64,000 bases of DNA from Camelus ferus. Lineage: Eukaryota. A program made the position numbers and the translations under genes. Under the pieces are notes generated by a model, which saw only the letters and a list, made by a program, of their open reading frames with translations, did not search any database and was not told the origin of the DNA. The stretch covers positions 26,972,001 through 27,036,000 of the forward strand of contig NC_045696.1 of assembly GCF_009834535.1 (NCBI RefSeq). The letters are read 5' to 3'. Positions 40,866 to 52,877 of the stretch are shown here, piece after piece. Positions within the stretch are counted from its first letter, which is position 1; every line of letters begins with the position of its first letter.

Positions 40866-41122
40866 CCGTTATTCACTGTAAGGGACCATATTTAGTGGTA
40901 TTAACTACCCCTACAGCTGTTAAAGTTGCAGGAGTCATCCCTTGGATCCACCACTCCAGGGTTAAGAGAGCAACTTCACCTCAGACAGAGGGTCCCTGGA
41001 AAATTGAGAGTGTCCCTGGAGACCTGCTCAAGATCAAGATCAAGAGGGACCAGAAAAGGATCGACAAGCCCTGCTCTAGCCACACCCGGAAGCTGGCTAG
41101 TCAACGCACGGCCGAAGCTTGA
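40866..41122 (+). pseudogene. pol: Integrase C-terminal (GPY/F) remnant fused to protease; RT, RNase H and IN core deleted
   Basis: KGPYLVVLTTPTAVKVAGVIPWIHHSRVKRA directly follows protease residues in ORF 40739..41122. Confidence 0.9.
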
Positions 41123-41145
41123 GGAAAGCTCAACGCAGCTGTTAA

Positions 41146-41322
41146 ATGTATTTCTTTTGTGCTCCCTTGCCTCTTTCCTTGTTTGCTATACTAGTCTGCG
41201 TATTAGCAGTGGGGCTAGCAAGCGCCGCCCCACCTGACTGGAACATAGGCCATAGAATCCTGATAGCTATTTTATATCTTGTTATAATTAGTGCCATCAC
41301 TGCAGCATCATGTCTAAGATAA
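41146..41322 (+). CDS. Intact 58-aa hydrophobic (two-TM) ORF between pol and env; putative accessory protein
   Basis: MYFFCAPLPLSLFAILVCVLAVGLASAAPPDWNIGHRILIAILYLVIISAITAASCLR*; below the ORF-track length cut-off; overlaps env ATG 41310. Confidence 0.5.
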   Translation: MYFFCAPLPLSLFAILVCVLAVGLASAAPPDWNIGHRILIAILYLVIISAITAASCLR

Positions 41323-41898
41323 TCATAAGGCTGATGTTACTGACGCTAATGCCCTCACTCTACTTGGTTGTACAATGCACCTGCATGGAACCGTGTGACA
41401 AATGGCCCATGTACCAACCTGTATTTTCAGCTTACAGGTGAATTCAGCCATGATCTCCAACAAATAGCAGAAACCCTGGGAACTCTGCAAAATCAGATTG
41501 ACTCTCTGGCCGAGGTGGTCTTACAAAACAGGAGGGATCTGTACCTTACTCACGGCCAAAGAGGGGGGACTTTGCCTCTTCCTAAAACAAAGAGTGCTGT
41601 TTTTATGCCAGTCAATCAGAAATTGTCAGAGAGATGGTTCAAGAGTTACAAGACCAAGTAAAAGAGAAAACGTATTTTAAATAAGAGCCCATGGACAGGC
41701 CCCTGGGGCTGGACCTCCTGGCTGGCACCGTTCATAGGTCCCTTACTCCTGATTTTTGCAGTTCTGCTATTTCGGCCCTGTGTCCTAAACTTCCTGACCC
41801 GCTTTGTCAGTGAGTGGATAGAGGCTATAGAACTTCAGATGTTAGCCTCCAATTAAGAGCCCCTGCAACAGATAAGTGATGATGCTTACTCCAGCTAG
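41310..41898 (+). pseudogene. env: env remnant: signal peptide joined to TM subunit, SU deleted
   Basis: MSKIIIRLMLLTLMPSLYLVVQC leader; then LQNQIDSLAEVVLQNRRDL / LLTAKEGGLCLFL / ECCFY (ISD and CX6CC, frameshifted) and membrane anchor WLAPFIGPLLLIFAVLLFRPCVLN. Confidence 0.9.
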
Positions 41899-41913
41899 AG
41901 CTGTGAAAGCATC

Positions 41914-41925
41914 AAGAGGGGGGAA
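41914..41925 (+). promoter_or_regulatory. Polypurine tract
   Basis: AAGAGGGGGGAA immediately before the 3' LTR. Confidence 0.9.
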
Positions 41926-42376
41926 TGTGAAGGAAAAACCGGGCTGGTCTGACAAGATAACTCATAAGTCTAGGAATGTGAAGGAGAGGCTGGGCTGGGC
42001 TAACAAGTCTAAGTATTGGAATACTGATCTGAGTTCTGCTGGACTAACTTGTAAATCTAGGTTAATTAGTGTTGGTTTGCTGTTTATGTTTTTTTGCTAG
42101 CCAGCTGGATTTTCAAAGATACATCTGGCTTTGGAATGTTGGTTTGCTGCCTCCCCGCCTCCACTTTTGTGATGATGCTGCTGCTAAAGCTGTTCCATGC
42201 CTATTGGCCGAATACCCCAAGCTTGTACTTTACCCTATAAAACCTCATGTGCACATCTTGAAGGTGCTCAGGGCTTCGGAGCAGAAGCCCCTCTGAGCCC
42301 GCCGGCATAATACATCTGAGTACTCCAACCCTCCGAGTGGTGCTTGTTTCTTGACTGGCCTGTCGTTTCCGTAACA
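41926..42376 (+). repeat. 3' LTR
   Basis: 451-bp direct repeat of the 5' LTR, followed by CTAG TSD. Confidence 0.98.
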
Positions 42377-42380
42377 CTAG

Positions 42381-42520
42381 GAATGGGTTCCAGAACCACA
42401 CATCTGCCTGACCAGAGACAAGTTACTCATTCTCTCTATGCTTCAGTTGTCTCATCTGTTAACTGGAAAAGTAATTGTATCAACCTAATGAGATTGTTGT
42501 GGAAATTAAATAAGACCTCA
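42381..42520 (+). repeat. MIR SINE, 3' part (5' part at ~37141-37165, split by the provirus)
   Basis: CAAGTTACTCATTCTCTCTATGCTTCAGTTGTCTCATCTGT...GATTGTTGTGGAAATTAAAT MIR core; TGGAAAGAACATGGA upstream of the 5' LTR. Confidence 0.65.
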
Positions 42521-43029
42521 GAATGTTATTTGCTATCGCCATCATCATCACCATTATCATAATCAATTACAGTTATTATCTCTAAAATGGGACTAAAATT
42601 AGCACCACCTCATAGGATTGTGCAAAGGATCGATAAGACACATTATATAAAATATGTGACTGTTCACAGTAAGTACTCAGTACAACTTAGCTATTGTCAT
42701 TATGCTTTTGGTTTATTACCTATAATAGGAACTTGAAAAAATGGATGCTGCAGCTCCCTATACGTAACAGGGAAAGCTTTACTCACCCTTGGACTGTGAC
42801 ATAACAAACAGAGCTTCATAGATTATACTAGGTTTTGGCAGGAATTACATTTCCAAACTGAATATGCTTTAAAAATCTTTCAAACAGTTTAAAATGTAAC
42901 TCTCATGCAAATATAAAATGAATGTGTCAAAAATTTTATTCAGCTCATTAATTAACGAGGGACCCAGTAAGATATTAAGACTGGTTCAAAGGAGAATTTG
43001 AAAAACAAAAGTATAAAAGTATAGCCAGG

Positions 43030-43138
43030 GATGTTATTTCAAATATTTCTTCTCTTCTTTTTTCTCTTTCTTCTCCTTCTGGTATTTCCATTGTGCATAT
43101 GTATTAGTCAAGATTCCTCAGAAAAACAGATCAAATTT

Positions 43139-43169
<31 letters not shown>

Positions 43170-44812
43170 ATACACACACACACACACACAGAGGCACTCT
43201 TAAATATATACATATATATACATACAGATATAGACATAGATAAAGAGATTTATTCTGAGAAATTGGCTCACACAATTATGGAGGCTGAGAAGCTCCACAA
43301 TCTACCCTCTATAAGCTGGAGACCCAGGAAAGCCAATGGTATAGTTCAGTCTGAGACTGAAGACCTAAGAACCAGGGGAGCTGATGATTCAGTTCTCATT
43401 CCAGGGACTACATCCCAGATCAAGCAGTCAGGCACAAAGAGGAAATTCTCCCTTCCACCAACATTTCGTTCTGTTCAGGCCCTCGGAGGGCAATCTGATT
43501 CATTCAGTCTACTGATTCAAATGCCAGTTTCATCCAGGAACATGTTCATAGACATATCCAGAAATAATGTTAAGCCAAATAGCTGGTCTCTTGATGATCC
43601 ACTCAAGTTGACCCATAAAATTATCCATCACAGTATATGTTACCCTTTTATATCTGTCCTACAGTTCTGAGATATTATATTCTGGTTTTTTTTTTTTTTC
43701 AGTCTTTTTTCTCTTTGCTTTTCTTCTGGAAGCTTCTATTGACATACATTGAAGCTCAGAGAATCTTTCCTCAGCTGTGTCAGTCTAATAATGAGTTTAT
43801 CAAAGGCATTCTTAATTTCTGTTACAGGGTTCTTTATCTGTAGTATTTCTTTTTCATTCTTTCTTAGAATTTCCTTGTCTCTACTTACATTTTCATCTAT
43901 TCTTGTATGTTGTCTACTTTATCCATTTGAGCCATTAGCAATTATTATAGTTGTTTTAAATCCCTGGTCTGTTAACTCCAACATCCCTGCCATATCTGAG
44001 TCTGATTCTGATGTTTTCTCTGCCTCTTCAAGCTGTATTTTTTACCTTTCATATGCCCTGTAAATTTTTCATATCAACCAGATATGATACACTGGGTAAA
44101 AGGAACTACTGTAAGTTGACCTGTAGTAACGCAGTCGTAAAGCGTGGGGGAGGGGAAGTGCTCTGTAGTCCTGTGATTAGGTCTCACCTCAGTGCTATAG
44201 ACAGCCTGTGCCTCATGCATCTCAGTTCCCCCTCCCTTGGGTGGAACAGGATTGCTCAGGAGAGCTGGTGTTGAGTATTTCCCTTTCCTCAGGTCAGTTA
44301 GCTTCCGACAGAATCCCAGTAGTTTAGGCTCTGATAAAATAGTTTCTCTTGAGTGCACGCCTTGTTAAGAACAGAATGCTCTGATATATTTCAAAATGGT
44401 TCTTTTTCCCCTCCTCCTACTGGAAGCACAAGGGGATTTTTCTCTATTGTCCACTGTGAGAACCTGGTAGGACTCCTGGAGGTAAATCTCACAAAAGTGA
44501 GTTTTACCCTGATGACAAAGCTCCCCCTGGAGTTTTTATCTCTAGACTTGTTTACACTGAGCCTCCATGATTTGTCAATTACAGTTCAGGTTTTCCTACC
44601 CTGGCACTTTTCATGGAAGTTTCTCCTCTGGAAAGTTGTGATTCTCTGTCCTTGCCTGTCTGCCTTTCCAATTATGGGGACAGTGGTTTGCCCTGTGATA
44701 TCACTTCTCTGACACATCCAAGAAGAGTTGATTTTTCAGTTTGGTCAGCTTTTTACTTGTTGTTAGAACAGAGTGACAATTTCCAAATTCTTTACATGCT
44801 GGACTGGAAACC
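43030..44812 (-). mobile_element. Old L1M 5'/ORF1-region fragment interrupted by an MLT2 LTR
   Basis: T-rich antisense L1-like sequence (TTTCAAATATTTCTTC..., CAGCTGTGTCAGTCTAATAATGAG, CATATCTGAGTCTGATTCTGATG); boundaries approximate. Confidence 0.6.
43100..43632 (-). mobile_element. MLT2-like LTR nested in L1, with (TA)n(CA)n microsatellite
   Basis: TGTATTAGTCAAG...AATTGGCTCACACAATTATGGAGGCTGAGAAG...AAGTTGACCCATAAAATTATCCATCACA; imperfect 5-bp TSD GCATA/GTATA. Confidence 0.8.
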
Positions 44813-45237
44813 CTTCTGTGGTTTTTACTGCAGTGGTTTTACTGTCAAACTTTCCCACTTATATGTAGTCCACACATTTTCTCCAGATTGACCCAGAATT
44901 GCCATTGCCACTTCTAGAATTGGGAAAGCAACTTTTTAAAAATCTATACATGCTAGTCTTTCTGGTTATATTAAATATCATAGAAATACTATTACTAATA
45001 GAAAAATAGCAGAAATATAGTAGCTTTCCTTTCACAAAGAGTTATAAATGTGAGAAAAAATATGTATTTAAAAATCATTTCTTCTTGTTCATAGGCACTA
45101 AATACTTTTCATCTCTTTAAATGTTATATCCACCTACAAGGAGGCACCACGATAAATTCTACATTCAGTTATTTTTTAAAGCAGTTTGTTAAACAGAGGA
45201 AAACTGAACTGCGAAATTACAACTTCTAACATGATAC

Positions 45238-45720
45238 TGTTAATGAACCAAACTTGGGTCTGCTCACTCATGCACAGTAATGTCAATCTGCTGACCAGGT
45301 TGTGGTGAAGGAAAGTACAGCATTTATTACAGGGTGCCAAGTAAGGAGTCCAGGACAGCTAACTCTCAAGACACCCAAACTTCCCTGTGGATTTCAGGAA
45401 AGCATTTTTAAAGGCCAGGTGAGAGCGGGGTTCACAGGGCTCATGCACAATTCTCTAACTGGCTGATGATGAGGTAACAGGACAGTGTCACAGGGGTTAA
45501 CATGATCAGTCCTTAGTTCCAGTAAGGTGGGTGGTGCTATATGCTCATGGTCATCAGGTAGTTAAGGTCTTCCACTTGCTTACACATTAGCATCTGTAAA
45601 ACAACTCAGGAAATGTGCATCAGATACTGTTATCTGGGTACTTCAGAGAGGAGCTAAAGCAGAGGATATGGGGGGAGGGGTCTGTCCTGGGTAGGCCCCA
45701 TAGGGTTCTGCTCAGTTACA
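45238..45720 (-). mobile_element. ERV1-class solo LTR
   Basis: TGTTA...TTACA termini, TTTATT reverse-strand polyA signal, imperfect 4-bp flanks ATAC/ATTC. Confidence 0.65.
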
Positions 45721-48700
45721 ATTCTGGAGTTTTATCAAGTAATATAGAATATTAACATATTTAAATTTAATTAAGTGTGTCAAGGGGAGTAATTTCATGG
45801 TGACATGATATCTAATTTCAATGACTTTAGCAAAGACACTTTTGGCACTTTTTTTTTTTAATCTCTTATTTTTGTCCATTTTTTGTGTGTGTTTGTAGTT
45901 TAACTGTCCTATACATAAAGATCATCTTAATCTACTTTAAAATACTCAGACATCTGTAATAACACATAGTCATAAAGCTCTTTTATTATCAAGTTATTCA
46001 TCCCTCAGCTTGTCTTCATTATAGGTTTATTGGAAGATTTCCACCCTCAGCCCTATTCTCCTAGCATTTAATTAAAATATTCTTGCTATTGAAGTGCACT
46101 GTATAGTCTCTATGAATTGGGGGATGTCAAATATTGTACTTTGCTTAAAGTAACTAGGATTCAATTTTTTTTTTTAATTTTCACTATTTCATACTTGCTG
46201 TGATTTAGAAAAATTGCTGATGCATCAATTAATGCAAATTGTATAAAGGCATCTATAATTTAGACTTAAAATGCCAGATCCAGCCATAGAGCTTTGTATT
46301 TTCATGAGCTGCAACTTAAAATATGGGGTGCAATTTTCATTTACCTAATGTTCCCCAGTAATAAAGACGTGTCTATTAAGGACATCTGTTACAATTTGGT
46401 AACCTCTAATTTTAATGGGAAATAATAGAGTTCATGTCTGTAAGATTAGAGGTTATAGACTAGGTCTTTACAGGGGTTTGGCGTCCTTGATACAGTGTTC
46501 TGCCAGCTAACCTAATATATTCACAAAAGGCTCAAAGTCTTGATTCTGAAGGCCAAAAAGAAAAGAAAGAAAGAAAAAAACTTTTCTATCTTGTCAGTTT
46601 GCACATTGCCTTGTTGAAAATCTGTCACCACCTGCTGGAAAATAATATTCTGTTTCTCTTTTTTAAAAGCACATGAAGAGAAAAGAAACCAGTGAACAAC
46701 TATCCAGTAAAATGTATTTTACCAACTATGAGGAAGAGAAAGGAGAGGAGAGGAGGGAAGGGTAGAGATGGAAATCTCTAGAGCTCTGTGTGCTTCCCAA
46801 GGTCCCCAGTGGAGCCCATGCCCTCTCACTGATGTGTAGGTTTTAGATACAGGGGGTGGATGATGGGGGGTGAGAAGGGGACTAAACCCTTCCCTCCTCT
46901 TCCCCCTCCTGCACTGACAACCTACAGATAGTAAAGAGAATGCATCTGAGAAAATAATTACATCTGCCAACTTCAGCAATTGTAAAAATGAAATCCTCTT
47001 TTTCTCTTTATTCAAGTCTAACTTAAGCATTCCCTTTGAATCCAAGTCCTTAATGGCATTTATGACTCTCACGGGTATTTATTTTAACTGAATATTTTGC
47101 ATTTGCTATGCCAAGAACAATCTAGAATAAAAAAGATTCCTGTCACTTTATTCAGGCTTCAACAAAAAAGCAACCAAGCCAGTAAATAACTAAATGGAAC
47201 TACCAACTCCCTATGACATGCATGAATAATGCCTTAGCAGTCTGCTCACCGGAAAGATTAGAATGAGAGTGAACACAACCCTGTAAAAGTATGCCAAGGC
47301 AAGCTGAGCCCAGAACTCGATCAAAATCAATTTCTACCATTTGACATCAGACTATTTTGAAACATTCTAACAGGAAGCAGCAAAATCAAATTTCTTTCCA
47401 ACTTGCTTTCAGCATAAGAAGAAGTATGATAACCAAACTCACCAGGTTTTAAGTATCCTTGAAAGTCCAGCGTTAACTTGAGGCCACCTTGATGGGGAGA
47501 AAAAACATGAATGTAAACATTGGTGTTGAACAATGAAACTGACAAAAATTGAGCAAGTCATGTTTCACACAAATTTTTTTTTTCCTTAAGTTGAGTAAAG
47601 TTGGAAATAACTTTGATCCAGTTCTGTACTGGAGTGTAAGAAGGGAAGGTAAATTATCTATGCAGATTACTCTAAGTAAGATAGTGCCAAGATTATGGAA
47701 TTTTCAATATGTATAGAAAGTTGATGAATTTATTTTGTCATGGTCAATCCTCCAATAACCATCCTTACCTACAAGCTCATTCATCAAGACCATAATAAAA
47801 CCCCATGTACATTTTGTTTTGACTATGTGCTTTACATCCCTATGGAAGGAAATAGAGACAGTCAAATATATTCTTTTTCCCTTTTAGTCACACTGCACTT
47901 TTAGTTGCCTTCTCTCTTTAAATATAATAAACTGACAAATCATTAAATGTTGTCACTAAATATATAAATGACCACCTTTCATATTTCTAAATAAATGTCC
48001 TACTTTGTGTTTTATTTTCCTCAGAAATATTTTTAAATTGATCACCTCCTACCAAAATGACAAGGAAACTTTAAGATTCTAGAGAATAAGATGAGGTTTT
48101 TTTTCATGGCCTACCTAATCAAACACAATTCTATTAAATTTTCAAGGAAATTAAATTGTCTTCAAGTATTTCTAACCCTCAAAAACTCTGTGTTTTGCTG
48201 AGTTTGTTTCAAAATGATTTAATGGTAATAATTACTAGAGTTTTCATATTTTATTAATTAACATTCTTATCTTGAATGTTTGGAAGATACATATTTTTTA
48301 TTGGTAATAATAGAGAATTTAAAATTAAAAATAAATAAGAAAGCTAGGACATTATTTTTTTCTGGCTCATGTGGCTCTTTTTGTGATTTATAGATTAATC
48401 AATCATCAATGGGATTAAAGGCCATTTACACTAAACAAATTGCTTATGGCTGCAGCAAATTGTGTTTTGAGATTTAGTGATAGGGACTATAAATTGCCAG
48501 TCATGTTATTAGACATATAAATCAGAGAGTTACTGAAAATTGATTAGCTGACTGCAGTTTTTCTAAACATGTTATTCTAGCTTATTTTTCTTTCCCAGGT
48601 CAAAACAGTTCAACTGAGTGGAGGAATGTGCATTTCTATATCTAAGGCTAATAATCAGGGGTCTTTGTTTTTTCATTTCTATAGAATGTTCTTTGAGATC

Positions 48701-51700
48701 AAGAAAGCTAGATTTTTGCCTTCATGTGAATATTGCAGTGATTTTTTTGGTTACCATTCACTATCTGAGTATAATCATCCCAGGTATGGAAACTAGCATA
48801 GTTTAATAAAATAATTGCAAAGTATTTGTGTTTAATGATGGAATCATGTTTTAATAAACCCATAATGAGCACTGCCTCATCCTCCTCCTTTAGCAATTTT
48901 CTGAAGCCCTAATGATATAATCTACCTTTAAGAACGGAGAAATCACAAAAAAGGGAGACATGTACTATGCGTGTATATATATATATGTATATGACCTTTA
49001 TGATATTCAGTCATCACTAAATAATAAGGTAAGATTCATTTTTTTCAAGTGTGCACAAATTACTTGCTTTCTAGATGAGTAATTGGTTTAGGAGAATTAT
49101 TCTGGATGCAGACTTTGAGTTCTGAATTAGTGTGCCAGCTTGCCTGACACTTCTGTCTTTCTATAGCAATACACCTCATACAAAGTTACTAGAATATTCT
49201 TACATATGGCCTTCATTTTATTATTGCCTTGCTAGAAAATTTCAATGTCTCCTCAATTATCTGCAGCATAACTTTCAAGAATTCCATTTTCTCAAACGAG
49301 TCTTCACAAACTCTATCAGAGCCAGAGATGATATACTTTAAAGAACAAAGATAAATTTCATGACCATATCATTAGCTAGCAATCTATAATAAACAATTAT
49401 CAAATAATTTAATTAACCTAAAAAAACATACTTGCAAATTACAAATAAACTTCAAATATATTACAAAATAACTCATTCTCATAAGCTCCATAAATTTAAA
49501 ACCTTGCAAACAAAAAGGAGGCTAATAAAAGAAAAGGGGTACCATCACTGAGCCACACTGCTGGGCAGTATAGATGCACAAGTTAAGGTAAGAATCTGCA
49601 GTCAGAGAAACTTGGGTTCAAATTTTAACTCTTACCTACTAGCTATATTAAAATGGAAAACACTACTTGTTATTTGATGCATGTAATAATTTGTGGCTTG
49701 AACTTTGCAAAAGATTGACATAAAATCATAACTTGGTTTCTTAATTCTCCAAATATATCAAGAGCTCATGCTCCCAAAGGAATATATAATTTTTGACCAA
49801 AGATGTAGAGCAGAATGGTAGTACTGTTTCTTATATATTCACTCTGTATTTAATCATCATAAATGTCATGACTTGTGCTTAAATATGCAAGCCAAAGTTT
49901 TGAACAGAAATACATATCCATTTAATTCTGTCACAAACATAAAAATCAGATCAATTTCACTATTCAGGAAAAAGAAGGATTTTTAGTTATTCTTGGTTTT
50001 TTCTGCTTGTTTTGTTTTGACCCAGTGTTAGCTTTTACAAGTACTTTAATTAATCTGATCTCTCCCTTTTCAGTACATAGAAATGTGCAAAGGGAACATC
50101 CAACTTTATGTATCCTTAAAGATTTTGTAAATAAATATTAATATTCATATTTTACCTTTCTATCACTTGATTGCCAAGTAACATTTGATTTATGTAAAGA
50201 TTTGAGAATGCTGGAGGCAGCAGGCTATTTTTCTCTGTCTTCTTTTTTTAACCATGTTATGAGATGATTTCCTCTAAACAAAAGGTTTTTTAAAGTTTTG
50301 TTATGGTTAAAATGTCAAAAATGTTGGTAAATGTTCTGAGGGTTTCACTAAACCACAAATTTTTCTGCAGGTTTTCTTTTCTTTTTTTTTAAATTTTTTT
50401 AATCTATATTAAGTTCCCCATGGGTGCACTACTTCATATGAACTGTTTTTCCAATGAAATAGAATAGCCTTTTGGTTCAAGGAAATAAAAAGATGTTGTT
50501 ATCCTTAGACATTACACCAGTATTTGCTTTGGTTGTATTATAATAGAATTTCTTTTACAGAAGCCAGCTGAGGTAGAAGAAAAAATACCTACAAAATTGT
50601 AACAGCAACAAAAAAAATCCCTCCAAACTATATACTCTTAAAGATATCTATACATTTGAAGAGCTATGCAGTCAGAAAAATCTCAACAATTCCAGCTATA
50701 ATAAATTAGGCTAGTGTCTTCTTACTGTCAGAAATTTTCTTTTTCTCCTTCTGTTTAACAGTTTCCTAACTAAGGAGTTGATATTTTTTGGCACTATAAA
50801 ACGTATCAAAGCCAGGCTTAGTCATTAGCACTGGGAGACCAGGGTGTGAAAGAATTATTAAAACCTTCCTGAGAGCTGAACCACCAAAGTTGATTTTGGA
50901 CTCTGTAGCCTGCACCTGACTAGGATTAATAAAGACTCAGAATCCAAGTGACATGCAGGTACCACATGAAAGCAGTCAAGTCGCAGATACAGAGGCCAGT
51001 CTTCCCTGGGAGACTCATCAAATTCGCTGCAGTGAATGTGGAAGGGAAGACTTTTGCAGTTCCTACAACACATTAAGCCATTATTAATTTTAGTCTATAC
51101 CAATGAAAAAATATGTTGATTGGGTGTTGTTTGGTTTAATATTCCTTTAATCTCTTTTTTATCTTCCTACTTCTGAACTAATCTCCCACCCCATTTTCTA
51201 CTTGATATTAAGGTAGAGTTTAGAGTGAACAAAATCCATATTATCAATTCTGTAAAACAAGACAGGCACCAGATATTTAGTTCTTGAATTATGACACTGA
51301 ACTGAGGTCAGCTCATTAATCTTCTATTTTCACCCCAAGATTCCAAATCGACACACTTATGCAATTTAGCAGTTACAGAAATGATTAATAGGTTTCTCTG
51401 GTGCTAACCTAATTGCTATGACACTAAAGACAAGAACATTACAAAAGATAAAGCATTGAGACCAGAATTACCTCCCTTCTAGGTAGCAATCAGCTGTTAA
51501 AGGCAATTCTTGAACTCCTTTGAGCCATAAACAAATTGCTGTTGCCAAGTATGCTTTTTGCCTTGCTAGACTCGACTAGTAGACAGTCTCTTGTTAACAT
51601 ATCCTTCTGCTCAGCTCACTTTATTATCTTGCCCACAGTTTTCATTATCAGATTTCTCCATGAAGAAAATTCTTTTAAAAATTCTGAATAGTATTTTTAT

Positions 51701-51857
51701 ATTTCACATCCCTAGGGTCATATTTTCACATGAGTCACAGTCTTGAATTTTTGTTTGATGTACAACAAATGAATATGTAGAGGTGTTTAACAAATAAGAC
51801 ATGGGGCGGGGAAAAAGGCAGTAATTTGAAAATTCCATGCATTAGTCCCATTTGTGT

Positions 51858-52877
51858 TGTAGGGTGGCAGAATGGGCCATCCTAAAATATGCCTTTTTGG
51901 GATAAGGATTATTTTGAGCTGAAGGTAACTGAGAAAAATCAGATATAAGAAAAGCTGTCTCCCTTCTCCCTATTTGCCTAAATAGAGGACATACATTTGT
52001 AAAGGGGTTCCCTCTCTTTTCTTTACCAGGAAGGACAAAAGTTAATCATTAGAGATTAACTCTAGCTCCTTACCAGTCCAGAGGTGGCACCAGAAGAATC
52101 TACACAGCAAAGTTTACTAAGTAGCCTTTATCTTCCTTATCTCCATATATTTGCCTTCCCACAATTTGCCAGTTTTTTTCCCCTTTACCTTGTCACCACT
52201 CAAAAAAATGTATTTTTTTGATTAAGATGTTACATAAACCCAAGTTCTAACCACCACTTCGAGTTCCTCAACACTGAACACTCCCGTGTGTGTCTGAGAT
52301 GTACATGTTAACAAACTTCTGTTTTTCTCTTGCTAACATGTCTTTGTTCATCTAATTTGCAAGATCTGATGTGAAGGAAAAGCTGGACTGGTCTAACAAG
52401 ATAACTCACAGGTCTAGGAATGTGAAGGAGAGGCTGGGCTGGGCTAACAAGTCTAAGTATTGGAATACTGATCTGAGTTCTGCTAGACTAACTTGTAAAT
52501 CTAGGTTAATTAGTGTTGGTTTGCTGTTTATGTGTTTTTGCTAGCCAGCTGGATTTTCAAAGATACATATCTGGCTTTGGAATGTTGATTTGCTGCCTCC
52601 CCGCCTCCACTTTTGTGATGATGATGATGCTAAAGCTGTTCCATGCCTACTGGCCAAATACCCCAAGCTTGTACTTTACCCTATAAAACCTTATGTGCAC
52701 ATCTTGAAGATGCTCAGGGCTTCAGAGCAGAAGCCCCTCTGAGCCCGCTGGCATAATACATCTGAGTACTCCAACCCTCCGAGTGGTGCTTGTTTCTTGA
52801 CTGGCCTGTCGTTTCTGTAACACTGAGACAATGAACCCAAGGTGAGTAGAGGGAAAGAAATTTTTTCCTACCTTACA
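51858..52877 (+). mobile_element. MER34-like ERV1 LTR interrupted by a younger solo LTR
   Basis: TGTAGGGTGGCAGAATGGGCCATCCTAAAATATGCC...GGATTATTTTGAGCTGAAGG; ends TTCCTACCTTACA; flanks GTGT/GTGC. Confidence 0.8.
52370..52822 (+). mobile_element. Solo LTR of the same family as the provirus
   Basis: 453 bp, about 96% identical to the proviral LTRs (manual count ~16-20 substitutions plus a 2-bp insertion); own TSD CTGA (52366-52369, 52823-52826); no PBS or PPT. Confidence 0.97.

Larger units (their letters stand above)
37166..42376 (+). mobile_element. Non-autonomous class I (gammaretrovirus-like) endogenous provirus, 5211 bp
   Basis: Two 451-bp TG...CA LTRs, 4-bp TSD CTAG (37162-37165, 42377-42380), PBS, gag, partial pro/IN/env, PPT. 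Confidence 0.98.

Noticed and set aside
41368..41898. Co-opted env (syncytin-like) gene
   Set aside because: SU deleted and TM broken by frameshifts and a stop; cannot encode a fusogen.
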